A DNA stretch of 64,000 bases, from assembly GCA_000002445.1 (NCBI GenBank), contig CP000070.1, forward strand, positions 1,216,001-1,280,000, written 5' to 3'. Shown in pieces: positions 44,954-56,749 of this stretch. The notes beneath the pieces are model-generated. The model made no database searches. It had not been told where the DNA came from and saw only the letters and a list, made by a program, of their open reading frames with translations. Position 1 is the stretch's first letter, and each line of letters begins with the position of its first letter. This DNA is from Trypanosoma brucei. Taxonomy: Eukaryota. The position numbers and the translations under genes were made by a program.

Positions 44954-46204
44954 TTATGCTCGCTTGCAGGGTTTAATAAGGCTCACTATCGTCTCCGTGC
45001 AAGCTGCAATGGTAGCTTCTCCCAGAAGGGCGACGTCAATAGGCCCCGATGAGATGGAACTGCTTTTTGACTTCGGATCCAGGTCGTCGCGGTATTTGAC
45101 GTGTTTCGAAGTCGTCTTCTCCTTCTTGGCGGGGTCCGTCTGCTGGGTGACGGTTACTTCAACGACCGGCACCGTGCGGCTGTTGTTGTACCGCAACACT
45201 ACGAGAGCAGAAGCTTGTGGCTCTTCGCAAACGTAACTAAATGTAGCAGTTCGCGAAACCTGAGCGCCTTGTGCACTTGTGGTATCCACACCCATGTTCA
45301 CATCCAGTGGCAAACCAAACAAAAATGTCAAGTGATCCACCAACTGGAGGAAGTGAAGTGGCTCCCAGAGGCAATTCAACAACGCGCTCTCTAGGAAAGG
45401 AATGAAATCCATCATGCAGACACTACTTCTTTGAAGTGTTTTTTGAAACTGCCCGGTGTGACGCGGTAGGCCTTGCAGAGAAATGACCCTACGGACGAGT
45501 TCAGCGATGGATATTTCAACCCATCCTTCCGTTCCTTTGGCTTCAATTTCAACTTCCTCTCTCAGTGCTTTTACATTTACAGAACTATGATCCACCATGA
45601 GCACCATGAGCAACGATATCTCCACTTTCGCCACAGATGGAGCACTGCCACCCCCCAACCCCGTAAGCTTTCCGTAGAGCTCAAGGATGCCTCCTAAATC
45701 TTCACAGATTTTCTCGTTCTTCTCCTGCAGCAGCGGAATGGATAAAGCAAGGCACGTGTGATCAATTGAATCTTGGACTACACCCTCAACACACCGACCG
45801 TCAGCTCCGCTGATCGTGCTCAGGTAGGAGTCGTAATCGAAGCTTAGTTTGCTATTGATATTCCCTAATGTACTTGACAGCTCGCCTGTGCACTTTTTAA
45901 TGTAGCTACGTTGGATCCATTCAACGAGACCTTGCACGCGTACAGTTAACGGGGTTTCCATGTCGAATTGTGGTTTTGTCCCAGCATCCAACCACGAGTA
46001 GTCTGCAAAGCGATTACGATCGGGATTAGCACTACTGCCATCAAAGTCGTTCGGCGTCGAGTTGGAATGGCACAGCACAAAGTCTAAATCGGGTGTATCT
46101 TCGCCCTTAAAAACGTACGCGTCGAATAAATGAAGGCTTAATGCTTTGATGGGATATGGGTTGTTAATGGTATCACTGGTTTTACAATGGTACATAGCCT
46201 GCAA
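44954..46204 (-). CDS. Hypothetical protein
   Basis: 416-aa ORF with normal composition. No motif recognised. Confidence 0.4.
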   Translation of the reverse strand: MQAMYHCKTSDTINNPYPIKALSLHLFDAYVFKGEDTPDLDFVLCHSNSTPNDFDGSSANPDRNRFADYSWLDAGTKPQFDMETPLTVRVQGLVEWIQRSYIKKCTGELSSTLGNINSKLSFDYDSYLSTISGADGRCVEGVVQDSIDHTCLALSIPLLQEKNEKICEDLGGILELYGKLTGLGGGSAPSVAKVEISLLMVLMVDHSSVNVKALREEVEIEAKGTEGWVEISIAELVRRVISLQGLPRHTGQFQKTLQRSSVCMMDFIPFLESALLNCLWEPLHFLQLVDHLTFLFGLPLDVNMGVDTTSAQGAQVSRTATFSYVCEEPQASALVVLRYNNSRTVPVVEVTVTQQTDPAKKEKTTSKHVKYRDDLDPKSKSSSISSGPIDVALLGEATIAACTETIVSLIKPCKRA

Positions 46205-46598
46205 TTGTGTAATATATCCTATTTTATATTACTTCCTGCACTTCCCTCCCTTTTCTACCCCACTCCGTGCTGCCACTCTTTCCTTCCCCACCACCAAAAT
46301 AAAATTGCAGTGACGATAATCAACAACAACAAGACAACAGAAAAGGAGGGAAGAGGAGAGGGACTTGAGGGAAAAAATCTAAACGCTCGAGGATCAGGGA
46401 AGGTGGCAAAAGAAGGGAGGACATAAGGTGAGTTTCATGTCACATTGCGGAACAGCAACCCAAAGTTTATACGCACGTGCATATACGTGAGTGGATGCAG
46501 AAAAATATAAGCATTAACAACAACTTTACCCCATACAATTCATCACCAAACAACTTCTCCCACCGCTGCACTCCTTTTCATATCATCCGCTCCCCTGC

Positions 46599-48218
46599 CT
46601 ACAAAACGTCCAACAGTCCTGAGCGCGACAAATCCATAACACCCCAAATGCCACCATACGAACCTCCATGATGCGTGCGCGCCACAGCAGAGAAGAGCAA
46701 CAACGCCTCAAACAGTGAATTGGGCCCCGGTTGTGTCGGGTAAGTTTTATCCACAGCTCCGGTGCGGTAACGTACATAAAAGTATGGCTCACCCGTATCG
46801 CCTACGACTAGCGCAAGGTGCTGCTGCGCGTTGAGCGGTTGGTGAGGGAACCTCACATAGTTGGTGAAGCCGGGTACACATGTGCGCAGAATGTGCGTTA
46901 GTAAGTGGGCATCTGTTGGGAAATCGTCGCGCCATGTGCTTATGTCCCCACAGTTGTGGTGGTACGACGCAAGCGACTTTTGAGATGCAAATGTCCGGAT
47001 CCGCCCCACCACATAGGTGCGTCGTGCTTGCTGCTCAGCAACAGATGCTGGTGAAGAGGGTGTGAACGTTGCGGTAGTGTCCAGTTTCATCTCCAGCTGT
47101 AGTCGTTGATCTATGTGCATAGTTACGTCAATGTTCTGCACATTCTGCCCTTGCGTAGCAATTTTGTTTCTTTCATCCATGAGGGCATCCATTTTCCTTA
47201 CAGATGGTGGGGACGAGACGGGCTGCGCTGGCACACCAAATCCCACTCTAGGGGCAGATGAAGGAGGAGGCACAACAATTGTCTCATCCAAGCTGTGGCC
47301 GCAGTCAAAATGCCTCAACTGTCGCTCGACGAACCAGCGGTTTGTTGAGTCCACCTCCTCCACAAGAGTCTGGCAAAGGTCCGACAGCCACTTGCGCACC
47401 TTCACTTGGGAACGCTCGGGGTCGACAATACCTAAGCCATTCCACATTGTCTCCGCTGGTCGATCGGCAGATGCTGCGGCGGAAGCCCTCTCGCCACCAC
47501 TGCCGTACTGCACGCGAATGCCTTCAGATGACACCGAACCAAACCCACCACCAGCTGCCAGCGGGGCGCTGATGGAGGTCGCAGCTGCGGGAGCTGTTGC
47601 CATGGAACCCGAAACGGTACCAGTGGCGTTAACAGAATTGTGTGCCGTCGGAAGCGACCCCTCCATTCTCTTGGGTAGTTCCTTTGCCGAGAGAAACTTA
47701 TCCAGTTCGGCACGTGTTCGTATGGCATACTCGCCCTCCAGGTCGTGGTGACCCTTCACACCAATAGGTTCGGTTAGTACTTCTGTGGCCCCCGCTGTTG
47801 TCGTTGATTGAACGGTTGCGGGTGAAAAGGGCACGGACAACCCCGGTGCTTTCCGGTAGGGGCCGCACGCACCAGCGAAAGGGCTCCGGTGCTTCTTCCC
47901 GTGACGGTCCTTGTCACTTGACTCCTTCAATAACGACATGCAGAGAAGCAGTACCAATGAGGCAACAAAAATACAACCCGAAACTCCACCCACTTGCTCT
48001 ATCATCGAATCCTCCAGAACTTCGACTAACACGTCGTCTATCCATACGTGTGTAACACCCCTGGGGTACAGCCAAGCCATCACATACAAGGTAGCGTAGA
48101 GCACTCCACTGATAGCAGCTATGATTTTCAGGTGAAAGCGCTTCGTCTCCCGTCCGTACACGATATTGCGCCTCTGCCGGTCAAGTTCGATAAGTTGATC
48201 CGCATATGAGAGTCGCAT
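46599..48218 (-). CDS. Hypothetical multi-pass membrane protein
   Basis: 539 aa. N-terminal TM helices (LKIIAAISGVLYATLYVMAWLY; GGVSGCIFVASLVLLLCMSLL). Low-complexity Ala/Ser/Thr middle. Conserved-looking C-terminal domain. Confidence 0.4.
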   Translation of the reverse strand: MRLSYADQLIELDRQRRNIVYGRETKRFHLKIIAAISGVLYATLYVMAWLYPRGVTHVWIDDVLVEVLEDSMIEQVGGVSGCIFVASLVLLLCMSLLKESSDKDRHGKKHRSPFAGACGPYRKAPGLSVPFSPATVQSTTTAGATEVLTEPIGVKGHHDLEGEYAIRTRAELDKFLSAKELPKRMEGSLPTAHNSVNATGTVSGSMATAPAAATSISAPLAAGGGFGSVSSEGIRVQYGSGGERASAAASADRPAETMWNGLGIVDPERSQVKVRKWLSDLCQTLVEEVDSTNRWFVERQLRHFDCGHSLDETIVVPPPSSAPRVGFGVPAQPVSSPPSVRKMDALMDERNKIATQGQNVQNIDVTMHIDQRLQLEMKLDTTATFTPSSPASVAEQQARRTYVVGRIRTFASQKSLASYHHNCGDISTWRDDFPTDAHLLTHILRTCVPGFTNYVRFPHQPLNAQQHLALVVGDTGEPYFYVRYRTGAVDKTYPTQPGPNSLFEALLLFSAVARTHHGGSYGGIWGVMDLSRSGLLDVL

Positions 48219-48535
48219 CTAATCGATTCAGTCGAACACAACTCCGAGCCGCTTCTAGTCCTGCTGAGACCTCTTTTTCGGCAATCAAAGTGACAGGCAA
48301 AAGGGGTAAGATAACGGACATACAGGACAATAACAGCACAATACGTGGGATTGAAAAGAACCTGCAGCGGCAAGTGGGTAGTAACAACCATAGTGGTGAT
48401 AAGTGGGGTATGCGCTTCTTTCAAATATATATATAAATAAAGCAAATAAAGAATGTACATACGCACATATATATGTATATATATGGTAGTACGTCGAGAC
48501 TGCAATAAGCGGGTAAGTACAGCCCCTCATTTCGC

Positions 48536-49132
48536 TTACAAGACACCGCAGTCGGAAATGCGGACAGGTGATGTTGGTTTATCCCCAGTACCAGTTTTTA
48601 CACCCTCCACTTTCCTCACCACGTCCATGCCCTCAAGTACCTTACCGAAGACAACATGGCGACCGTCAAGCCATGGTGTGTCCACGGTTGTAATGAAAAA
48701 TTGCGAGCCGTTTGTATTTGGTCCAGCATTCGCCATGGACAGGGCACCAATGAAGTGCTTCACGTTGAAGTTCTCATCATCAAAGCGCGCACCATAGATG
48801 GATTTGCCGCCGGTGCCGTCATGGTTAGTCATATCGCCTCCTTGAATCATGAAATTGCGGATTACACGGTGGAAAGTGGAGTCCTTGTAGCCGAAGCCAT
48901 TTACGCCAGTCGCGAGCTGTTTAAAGTTCTCCACTGTGCGGGGAGTTTCCTTGCCGAATAGCCCAATGACGATACGGCCGGCAGGTTCGGAGCCAATGGT
49001 GATGTCAAAAAACACCTTATCTGTAACTTCTGGTGAGGCCTTCACGCCTCCCGCCATGGAGAGGACAGCCACTGCCACCAACAAAGCTGGCATGAAGGCT
49101 GGGGTTTTCGCTGAAATGTCAAAAAAAAGCAT
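48536..49132 (-). CDS. Cyclophilin-type peptidyl-prolyl cis-trans isomerase with an N-terminal signal peptide (cyclophilin B-like)
   Basis: [27 protein letters not shown]...[19 protein letters not shown]...[19 protein letters not shown] is the canonical cyclophilin core. The likely start [16 protein letters not shown] at 49093 gives a signal peptide. Confidence 0.9.
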   Translation of the reverse strand: MLFFDISAKTPAFMPALLVAVAVLSMAGGVKASPEVTDKVFFDITIGSEPAGRIVIGLFGKETPRTVENFKQLATGVNGFGYKDSTFHRVIRNFMIQGGDMTNHDGTGGKSIYGARFDDENFNVKHFIGALSMANAGPNTNGSQFFITTVDTPWLDGRHVVFGKVLEGMDVVRKVEGVKTGTGDKPTSPVRISDCGVL

Positions 49133-49665
49133 TTGTCAGTGCCTTTTCACTGGTTTCGTTTGCCTTGTGTAGGTTCTTTTCTTCGCTTTTTTTTTTAAAG
49201 TAGTGCGACGAGGTTTGCTAAAACAACTGCAGAAAGAGTGATAGTGACGGTTAGTTCAGCAACGGCACTGACACAGAAGCGCGTTGGGTAAGTCAAAGAC
49301 GAGGGAGGGGGAAAACCGGCCGTGTGCCCGTGGAAGAGTCCGCACATGGCAATGAGCTAATGGATGGTGATAAAGTTCCCGTTAACTTCTTTTTATCCAC
49401 ATCAAAAACGGAGGAACTTTCATCGAATACAACCTGTACGACATGACGTCGGTTTAAACTGAAGAGGACACATCTACATTGAAAGCAGCAAGAGCACACC
49501 GCATCAACCTGTGTGTGCGTGTATATGTTTGGATGGTCTGGTTTATTGACGAACCCAGAAATGGGATCGTACAACGTGGGCATGAGCAATAACAGGCAAG
49601 TAAACAAGTCACTTCTCAACACAAATTCCAGAGACTCGGTAAAAAATAAACGTGGGAGCACTGTT

Positions 49666-50148
49666 CTAAGCCCTTGCACGTGCCCTGGCCGAGGCCTCGC
49701 GATGCAAGCGGTCACGCACTGCCATCAGAATGACCCCAAGTAAATTGTGTCCCGTCCCATCGCCAGCGTCTCCCCAAAAATCGTCTTCCTCCGTGTGGTC
49801 GACAATCAGCCTGGTTCCGGTGTTCATCAGAATTTCCCGGGCGTTTTCATTTTGTTTGAACTTCATGTAGTTTCCTAACAACATCACATCTACTTTTAAT
49901 CTGTCCCAGTCGCCCCGCTGCCGACCCTCCCTCTCTGCAACGCGCACAAGGCGGTCTAACTCCCATACCGACGCCGCCGACTGAAATGGTGCCGCGTCGG
50001 GTAAACCTCCAAACCGCTCCGTCAGAAAATAATGATGCAACGAGGGGAACTGCGTGTGATGTATGGTCACTGGGTGAGGCGAAAGGGGACTGAAAACCCC
50101 ATACGGCTTCTCCCGTGAGTCGTGGAACCGCACAACTCCCTTACTCAT
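49666..50148 (-). CDS. NADAR (YbiA-like, DUF1768) domain protein
   Basis: PYGVFSPLSPHPV...FPSLHHYFLTERF...WDRLKVDVMLLGNYMKFKQNENAREILMNTGTRLIVDHTEEDDFWGDAGDGTGHNLLGVILMAVR follows the NADAR consensus. Confidence 0.7.
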   Translation of the reverse strand: MSKGVVRFHDSREKPYGVFSPLSPHPVTIHHTQFPSLHHYFLTERFGGLPDAAPFQSAASVWELDRLVRVAEREGRQRGDWDRLKVDVMLLGNYMKFKQNENAREILMNTGTRLIVDHTEEDDFWGDAGDGTGHNLLGVILMAVRDRLHREASARARARA

Positions 50149-50854
50149 CTTCTGCTGGTTACTGGCACGTCACTTATACAAGTACTTGTCCTTCAGCGCC
50201 ACCTCTATGCCCCCGCCACGTCTTGGCTGGTAAAATGTGCAGCTGAGACCTTCTCTCTTTCCCTTCTCTCTCCGGACGATCTATCACTCCTCTAAAACGG
50301 ATGCTTAATCTCCTCCTTCAATGAAACAAATCCTCGGGTTCCGCACCAGCACAAACACGCAAATATATATATATATATGTGTGTGTGTATTCAGCAAGTT
50401 GTGAACGGCAAGTTCGGGGGTTGAACAAGAGTAAAAAAGTTGGAAGGAAGCAAATTTAATTTTCCAGTTAAAAACGAAAGAAATGAATGGGTAAAAGAGG
50501 TTAGGGTTAGACAACAAAACAAAGGGAATAGACGAAGAATTTGGGTAAGGGGTGGGAGTTGCGAGCAAATTTACGCATATATATGTATATATTTATATAT
50601 GCGTGGCTTTGTGTGTGTAAAAGACTATCCAAACCAATCGGTGAGGTTGCAGAAGTAGCCACTCCTTCAGCACATCCTCCTCTTTAACATCGCGTACTTC
50701 TCCTTCCCTTTTTTTTTCACGTTTGACGTCTTCGCACGGACCGAAGCATACGCCTGTCGCGTTCTTCCCTCCTTTCCTCCCCTCCTCTTCTTTTCCCTTC
50801 GCCTTTATACTACTCTGCAAACGTCCACATACGACGCCACGCACGGGAGCGCGT

Positions 50855-51631
50855 TTAGTCTTTGCGGAGCTCAAACATTTCTGTACCCACTCCATCCGCA
50901 GTAACGATGTGGAAGCACACGGTGTCACCAGTGAATATGTCCCTCTCAGCTGCACCAGTGAAGGCATTTTTCAACATGCCCAGAGCCTCTTCCATCGTGA
51001 GGTCAGCCGGCGCCTGCGTAACCATGTGTTGTCGAGTAAGCAAACAGTCCAATAGTGGCTCCACAAAGCTGCTAGCGGAACCACATGTGCCATAACGAAA
51101 GGGTTCCGTCGAGCCAACAGGGTCGTAACTGTAGCACACACCTGCGCCCTTCTCGTCAATGCCAACGATCATATTGAATGTGTAGTATGGGAAAAAACGC
51201 CGTTGATAGAGCATTGTGGACGTAAGCTTTGCGATGGCCTTTGTTGACGGCACTTTCCCACCGTTATTGTATTGATACCATTGAATGCGATACTTAAGCA
51301 TCTGCTGCAACTGAAGACGGTCCGCTTGCATGCCCGACGACGCGAGGAAGATGCGGTCAGTGAGTTTAAACAACTTGGAAGTATCCGAGCGGGTGTGAAT
51401 GCAGAAGTCACCGTTCAAGCGTGTATCGGCGCCAAGCACAACGTAGTTGCTTCCTGCAATGGCAGCGATGGTGCCACCATTGTCTGTGTAGGGAGACCAG
51501 TGTTGCGGGTGTCCCTTGGCCCCTTGGCGTAGAGGAAGTGTTAACACAGAGTTTCCTAACTTTCTGGAGTAACCGTGATGCTGCAAGGTATTTGCTTCAC
51601 CTACGTGGTGCTCACTGAAGTCTTCAATCAT
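50855..51631 (-). CDS. 20S proteasome beta subunit, PSMB1/beta-6 (PRE7) type
   Basis: [41 protein letters not shown]...[35 protein letters not shown]...[13 protein letters not shown] aligns along its length with human PSMB1. Confidence 0.9.
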   Translation of the reverse strand: MIEDFSEHHVGEANTLQHHGYSRKLGNSVLTLPLRQGAKGHPQHWSPYTDNGGTIAAIAGSNYVVLGADTRLNGDFCIHTRSDTSKLFKLTDRIFLASSGMQADRLQLQQMLKYRIQWYQYNNGGKVPSTKAIAKLTSTMLYQRRFFPYYTFNMIVGIDEKGAGVCYSYDPVGSTEPFRYGTCGSASSFVEPLLDCLLTRQHMVTQAPADLTMEEALGMLKNAFTGAAERDIFTGDTVCFHIVTADGVGTEMFELRKD

Positions 51632-52039
51632 ATCTGCAACACAACGTTTATATTCCGCGCGGTTTCGTATAATGCTTGCTTTTAACTAAAACAAAATAGT
51701 AGATTTCCTGGTAAGTGAAGTGCAGTCGACGACAGTTTGAGAGACAAAAATCAAAATATTAAAATCGCTTCAGTTGGAGAACTAAAAAAAAAAAATACAA
51801 TGTGAACCTTTATTCGGGTCTTTCCCGACCGCTCTGCTTTTCCAGTACGATGGTGTATTGTATAACAAATTCACGCAAGCACGTATACATCACGAACTCT
51901 CAGAAAATGTACCGGATACTGCCAATGGAAACTTCAGAGACGCATAGGTGAACCAAGTGAGGCGACACACACCCTCACATGGCACACTTTTAATGCCACA
52001 CAACACTCGCACACACAATACCAAAATATACCAAACGGG

Positions 52040-52351
52040 CTACATGGGCCTCCCGCTACGAATTCCCTCCTGCATCTCAAATTCCTTCATTTCCAATCGT
52101 TTTTTGTAGTGCTCACGGGCTGCTTCACAAGCGGGACATGTGTCACCGCGCGCTAAGATGCGTCGCGCCTGCTGATAGACCTCGAAGAGCAGAAGTGCCG
52201 CACAGGTTGAAGCCGAGAGAATCCACATGCTGTAATTCTGTGAGCCCTCGCTGTAACCAAAATCACGTGTGTTAAATACTTCCCACGGCCTTTCGCGGGG
52301 TCGCCGCGCCTTCGGTAGGCGCACAAACAGCGAGGTCGTACGTTGCAACAT
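52040..52351 (-). CDS. Small (104 aa) mitochondrial-type single-TM protein with a CPAC motif
   Basis: Presequence-like MLQRTTSLFVRLPKARRPR, TM WILSASTCAALLLFEVY, then DTCPACEAAREHYKKRL. The six-frame ORF (to 52450) extends through an oligo-A/polypyrimidine acceptor region. Confidence 0.3.
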   Translation of the reverse strand: MLQRTTSLFVRLPKARRPRERPWEVFNTRDFGYSEGSQNYSMWILSASTCAALLLFEVYQQARRILARGDTCPACEAAREHYKKRLEMKEFEMQEGIRSGRPM

Positions 52352-52601
52352 TAACCACTTTTTTTTTTCGAAAACGAAAACAAAGGAAAAGGTGGTCCGT
52401 GATGCAGGAAGTAGCTTTATCTCGGAAAGGCTCCATATGGGACACAACAAAGACTCGAATCACAGAAACGAAAACAAGCAACCAAAAAAAGAAAAAAAAA
52501 ATCATCCAGTCGCAAAATAACGAAAGGATACAGCGAGCGACACGGAAAGAGGGGGAAGCTTCGCCACGGCACTGAACCAAAAAGTTTGCGTGGAACATAT
52601 T

Positions 52602-53978
52602 TTATGGAGTATTGTAGAAGGGAAGTGAGTCCACGAAGTACTTACTGTACTTTTCGTGACTAACGACAGCATCAGCAGCCTTCAGAACGGCACCTCCAGT
52701 ATCTCGGCACTCAAATATCATTAGTGTACGCTCCTCAAACGCAAAAGGTGTAAAAAGCGTACTGTGCCGTGAAGCGCTTGACGACATTTTGAAGTAGGAC
52801 TGGGAGGGGCGTTTAGGATTGAAAAACAGAACGCTTTGCAAGGGATCGCTGTTTCCTTTCCCGTGGTTAATAACCACCTGGTCAACGATGATGTCTTCTT
52901 TAGTAATCTTTGTGCTCTGTTTTTTTGAAACGGCGGCGACGATATCTTCTGCCACATCGTTGAGCCAGTTATCCGGCGGTGCGGCCTCAGACTTCAAGGC
53001 ACGGGAAAGGATAAAGCGATATATATCTCTCGAGCGTAAACGGGATATTATGTCTTGTGCAGGTTTTAGATTTGTATCTGCACTACTCTCTATGGCATCT
53101 AATACCCAGTCTCCCAACTTCAGGAACAACTCCTCGTGACAAACACACTCGAGAAGAGTGTGGCCGTGCACTAAGAAGTAGGGCGCAGCTGCACCCATAA
53201 TGTCACAAATCATATGATCTATAGCTTTGACCACGCGGTGCTGATACACATTTTTATGCAACTTGGTACGCAACACGAATAACTCCCGGAGCGAAAGGGC
53301 AACCTTCTCCTCAAAAGCGAGTTGCCACTGCCCCTCGTATTGTACCAGACGCGCAGAGTTGAATAGGCGACTCAAACGAACATCCACTGTTGGTTTACCA
53401 AAGCAACAGAGTGAGTCACGAAGGAAATAATCCAGTTTGTCAACATCGATACCATTTCGTTTGTTCGTCACTATCTCTGTGTAGACAAGATGCGAGGCAG
53501 GCTCACCTCGCATAACCCTCAAAACATCCTCCACATCATCTTTAGGGAGTAGGACCTTTAGTATGTTGCGGCCAATGGTTTGCGACATTTTGTCGTGGTC
53601 GAACAGCAAACCAAACTTGCGAGACATGACCTCCTCGAACAGATGGGAGAACGGTCCATGGCCAACATCGTGAAGCAGCCCGGCCAGCATCACCTTTTCT
53701 CTGTCCTTGTCATTAATTCGAAGGTCTGGCTGGCAGCGTTGAACTCGTCCCAGGAGGAGTTGCGCAATATGGGCCACACCAATACTGTGCTCAAATCGCG
53801 TATGTACGGCGGCGGGGTACAGGTAAGACGAGGAACCGAGTTGTTTCAGTGATCGCAGCCGCTGGAACGCGGTCGTGTCCACAGCCCGTGCAACGATTGG
53901 GGGAAGTGTTATGTGTTCGTGCACGCGGTCCATCACTGGCACATCGCGCAAGTATCGACAGATAATTCCATTTCTCAT
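52602..53978 (-). CDS. HD-domain protein of the SAMHD1/dGTPase-like dNTP triphosphohydrolase family
   Basis: FQRLRSLKQLGSSSYLYPAAVHTRFEHSIGVAHIA...LAGLLHDVGHGPFSHLFE is the H...HD...D metal-binding signature of this family. Confidence 0.85.
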   Translation of the reverse strand: MRNGIICRYLRDVPVMDRVHEHITLPPIVARAVDTTAFQRLRSLKQLGSSSYLYPAAVHTRFEHSIGVAHIAQLLLGRVQRCQPDLRINDKDREKVMLAGLLHDVGHGPFSHLFEEVMSRKFGLLFDHDKMSQTIGRNILKVLLPKDDVEDVLRVMRGEPASHLVYTEIVTNKRNGIDVDKLDYFLRDSLCCFGKPTVDVRLSRLFNSARLVQYEGQWQLAFEEKVALSLRELFVLRTKLHKNVYQHRVVKAIDHMICDIMGAAAPYFLVHGHTLLECVCHEELFLKLGDWVLDAIESSADTNLKPAQDIISRLRSRDIYRFILSRALKSEAAPPDNWLNDVAEDIVAAVSKKQSTKITKEDIIVDQVVINHGKGNSDPLQSVLFFNPKRPSQSYFKMSSSASRHSTLFTPFAFEERTLMIFECRDTGGAVLKAADAVVSHEKYSKYFVDSLPFYNTP

Positions 53979-54015
53979 TGTATCTATGTTTTCGCAGTTG
54001 CTTTTCTCTCAGTAT

Positions 54016-54018
<3 letters not shown>

Positions 54019-54049
<31 letters not shown>
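54019..54049. repeat. (CA)15 microsatellite
   Basis: Direct reading. Confidence 0.95.
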
Positions 54050-54050
<1 letters not shown>

Positions 54051-54544
54051 ACTCTTATGTCTGTTTATGGACATTACGGAGGGAAGGGGGCGGTGGAAAA
54101 AGAAAATGAGATGTTGGGGGTAACGTGGTTCACCACCGCAGGGACAGAAGGGAAAAACAAAATCTACTAACGGCGATTATAGCAGATGGGAAGTGCGAGA
54201 CTGGCTCGAACAACTAAACAGGCAGAAGCATATAACGATATGACAGTTCCACATACTGCATGACATCCACGCACAGCTACTAGGAAGGGGGAGCCAAAAA
54301 TCATAATGCCCCTCCATACTCAGTTAAAGACGGAGTTCTCCAAAAAGTAATGGTGATAATAGAATTAATTAATAGTAATAGGGAAAACATCCGTCTCACG
54401 GCGATCACCACTCAGTCTCCTAGCAGCAACTGACGGTACCAGTCACGGTTCCTGCAGCGTCCGTAAGAAGCGCAGAACTGCAAGACTCCATACGAAATGG
54501 ATGCAACGGATCAAGGGAAAGAGAACGCGATGGTACATTCCCTT

Positions 54545-54937
54545 CTAGTGTTCAGCAGCAATCATATCAGGAATAAACTCACGAATGGGATATTCCCGTT
54601 TGCATTGTGGGCAGCGCAGTGCTCCTTCACGGATGGCCACGTCTTGAATGGCGTAATGTACAGCCTTGAGGTCCCTTGAGTCATCGGAGAGATCCACGTC
54701 CTCTAATTTCTCCGGCAGGACATTACCGGCATCCACCTGGTCCTGCTTCTGAGAACGCAAGGAATTGAAAGCTTCCACAAGATAGGTGTAATCCATCCGT
54801 GCGAGCATTGTTCGAATGAATTCAGGGTTGTACTCAGATGCCAGTACCTCCAACTCAGTGGCCTGCAGCTGAAGCGGAAAAGATTGGCACTGGATGCAGC
54901 ATAGAAAATTATGAGTGAGCAGCCTCATCACCCTCAA
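54545..54937 (-). CDS. TRM112: Trm112-like methyltransferase activator subunit
   Basis: MRLLTHNFLCC...FPL N-terminus and C-terminal zinc-knuckle-like GALRCPQCKREYPIREFIPDMI match Trm112. Confidence 0.8.
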   Translation of the reverse strand: MRVMRLLTHNFLCCIQCQSFPLQLQATELEVLASEYNPEFIRTMLARMDYTYLVEAFNSLRSQKQDQVDAGNVLPEKLEDVDLSDDSRDLKAVHYAIQDVAIREGALRCPQCKREYPIREFIPDMIAAEH

Positions 54938-55198
54938 ACCAGTCGGTGAACCAGTAAGACTCCCTGTCGCACACCAAGAAGTAAAATAACTGCCACCAAA
55001 AAAAAGTGAAGGAAAATATCAAATAATAGAGGTTCCAATAGAATAAACACATATCTATATGAAGGAGTAACAATGAGCCCGAAACGCACGAATGACACAG
55101 CTTTGCTTAATATGACAAAGTTTGGCGTGAAAAGTTAACAACAACATTGCAATGCAAACACTCCAACTAAACGTGAGAAATAACCGTATGGTCGCTTT

Positions 55199-56749
55199 CT
55201 ATGAGGCTTGTGGCCCGAAAAGTCTATTCTTCTTTGGAATAATATGAAACCCTAAAGTCTTAGGTACGGGGGCTCGTTGCAAAAGGGGAAGTTTTTCCCG
55301 TGGTGGTATTTGCCTTTGTCCCACGAGATCAGTGCTGTTGGGGAGGCCCATGAGAATATCCAAGGCGGAGGATTTCGGCTCTGCATCACTACTCTGACAC
55401 CTACGCACTCCATCTCCGGGGCTCATCAATATTTCAAGTGGTCGCCCCTCTCGGAAAAGTTCTGTTGAGGAGGAAGGACCGGGGGATCGCCGAGACGCAT
55501 GCTTGGGAGCAGCAATTGGACGAGACTTCTCAACCTCGCCCGCTGGAGTGTGTGGATCAGGCCTGCCCGCATATAGCGCTGCAGGATCAATCGCCCCTGT
55601 TTCGGGCAGGTGAAGCGCTCGCCTAAGCAACAGGTTCTCTTCCCGGAGCCTGCGTATTTCCGTTTTCAGATCGTATACCTCCTTCTGGGCGGTGTCCACG
55701 CGCTCTACGGCCTTGAACTGAATTTTCTGCGCGCGTTGAGCGAAGTAAATGGTGCGGAGTGACTCCTCCACAAACCTCGAAGAGGGCGTGACACACGCCA
55801 GCAAAACGGTCCGGCAACCCCCATCAAGGCTATTCATTAGAAGCTGCGTCAATACACTGGAGCGGTACGGAATATGGTCGGCACGCTGGCCGGCTGAGCG
55901 ACCTTTTGAGAGCCGCTCGATGACGTTTCCTAAAGCAAAGAGTGAGCGGTTAATGGACTTTGTGTCCTCCCCTACACCTCCCGTGTCGCGCAGCCGCTCG
56001 GAGCCTGCAAGGTCCACGAAGGTAAGCTTACCGCGCCGCGCAGGTTTTTCTCCATCAATGACCTCCGCATATATGGTGAAGATAAGGTGTGAGCGGCTAC
56101 TGTCTTCGTTCAGCAAATGTGCTGCCCGCTTCCGCCTTGCCTGCCCCTCTCGGAGCACCAACATGAAGTCGTTAATGTCTAAGCACTCGACAATCATTAG
56201 ATCCTCAACAAAGAAGCATCCCGCGCCCTTAGACCAACGGCACTTGAGTCCCTCTGTTCCATTCAATAAATCGTTAATACGCTCGTTGAACAGTTCCAAG
56301 TACGATGCCCGCAATTTTATGGTCCTTCCCTCAACCTCTCCAGCAGACTGAGCCTTTTCACGGAATTCTGAGACATACCTTACAGCTTCGAACTGAATAC
56401 CATTCTCAGCTGTTCTGCCATCCTCCCCTTCCGTCGGACCGCTCATGGTGTACGTCTTGCCGCTGCCCGTTTGGCCAAAACACATAATGGTAGCGGCTTT
56501 CCCCTCAAAAGCAGCATCGCACATGGCGTGCAGGTCTAATGCGCGGAAGACCTCCTCTTGGCTCACATCAGGGCCTAAACAACAATCCATGTCGAAGGTG
56601 TGAATTTGGTCCTGTGCACCGCGTGTGCCGCGGGATGTGGCATTTACTTTTGTGCCACCAGATTGTACTACAATACACACCTCCTCGCCCTGAGCCTCCT
56701 CTCGCGGTAGCAGCGGTCTGACACGTAGAAAAGCACCTATGTGTTCCAT
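55199..56749 (-). CDS. Kinesin-like protein with an N-terminal motor domain
   Basis: P-loop FGQTGSGKTYTM. Switch I NEDSSRSHLIFTI. Switch II FVDLAGSER. Neck/coiled coil KEVYDLKTEIRRLREENLLLRRAL. Confidence 0.9.
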   Translation of the reverse strand: MEHIGAFLRVRPLLPREEAQGEEVCIVVQSGGTKVNATSRGTRGAQDQIHTFDMDCCLGPDVSQEEVFRALDLHAMCDAAFEGKAATIMCFGQTGSGKTYTMSGPTEGEDGRTAENGIQFEAVRYVSEFREKAQSAGEVEGRTIKLRASYLELFNERINDLLNGTEGLKCRWSKGAGCFFVEDLMIVECLDINDFMLVLREGQARRKRAAHLLNEDSSRSHLIFTIYAEVIDGEKPARRGKLTFVDLAGSERLRDTGGVGEDTKSINRSLFALGNVIERLSKGRSAGQRADHIPYRSSVLTQLLMNSLDGGCRTVLLACVTPSSRFVEESLRTIYFAQRAQKIQFKAVERVDTAQKEVYDLKTEIRRLREENLLLRRALHLPETGAIDPAALYAGRPDPHTPAGEVEKSRPIAAPKHASRRSPGPSSSTELFREGRPLEILMSPGDGVRRCQSSDAEPKSSALDILMGLPNSTDLVGQRQIPPREKLPLLQRAPVPKTLGFHIIPKKNRLFGPQAS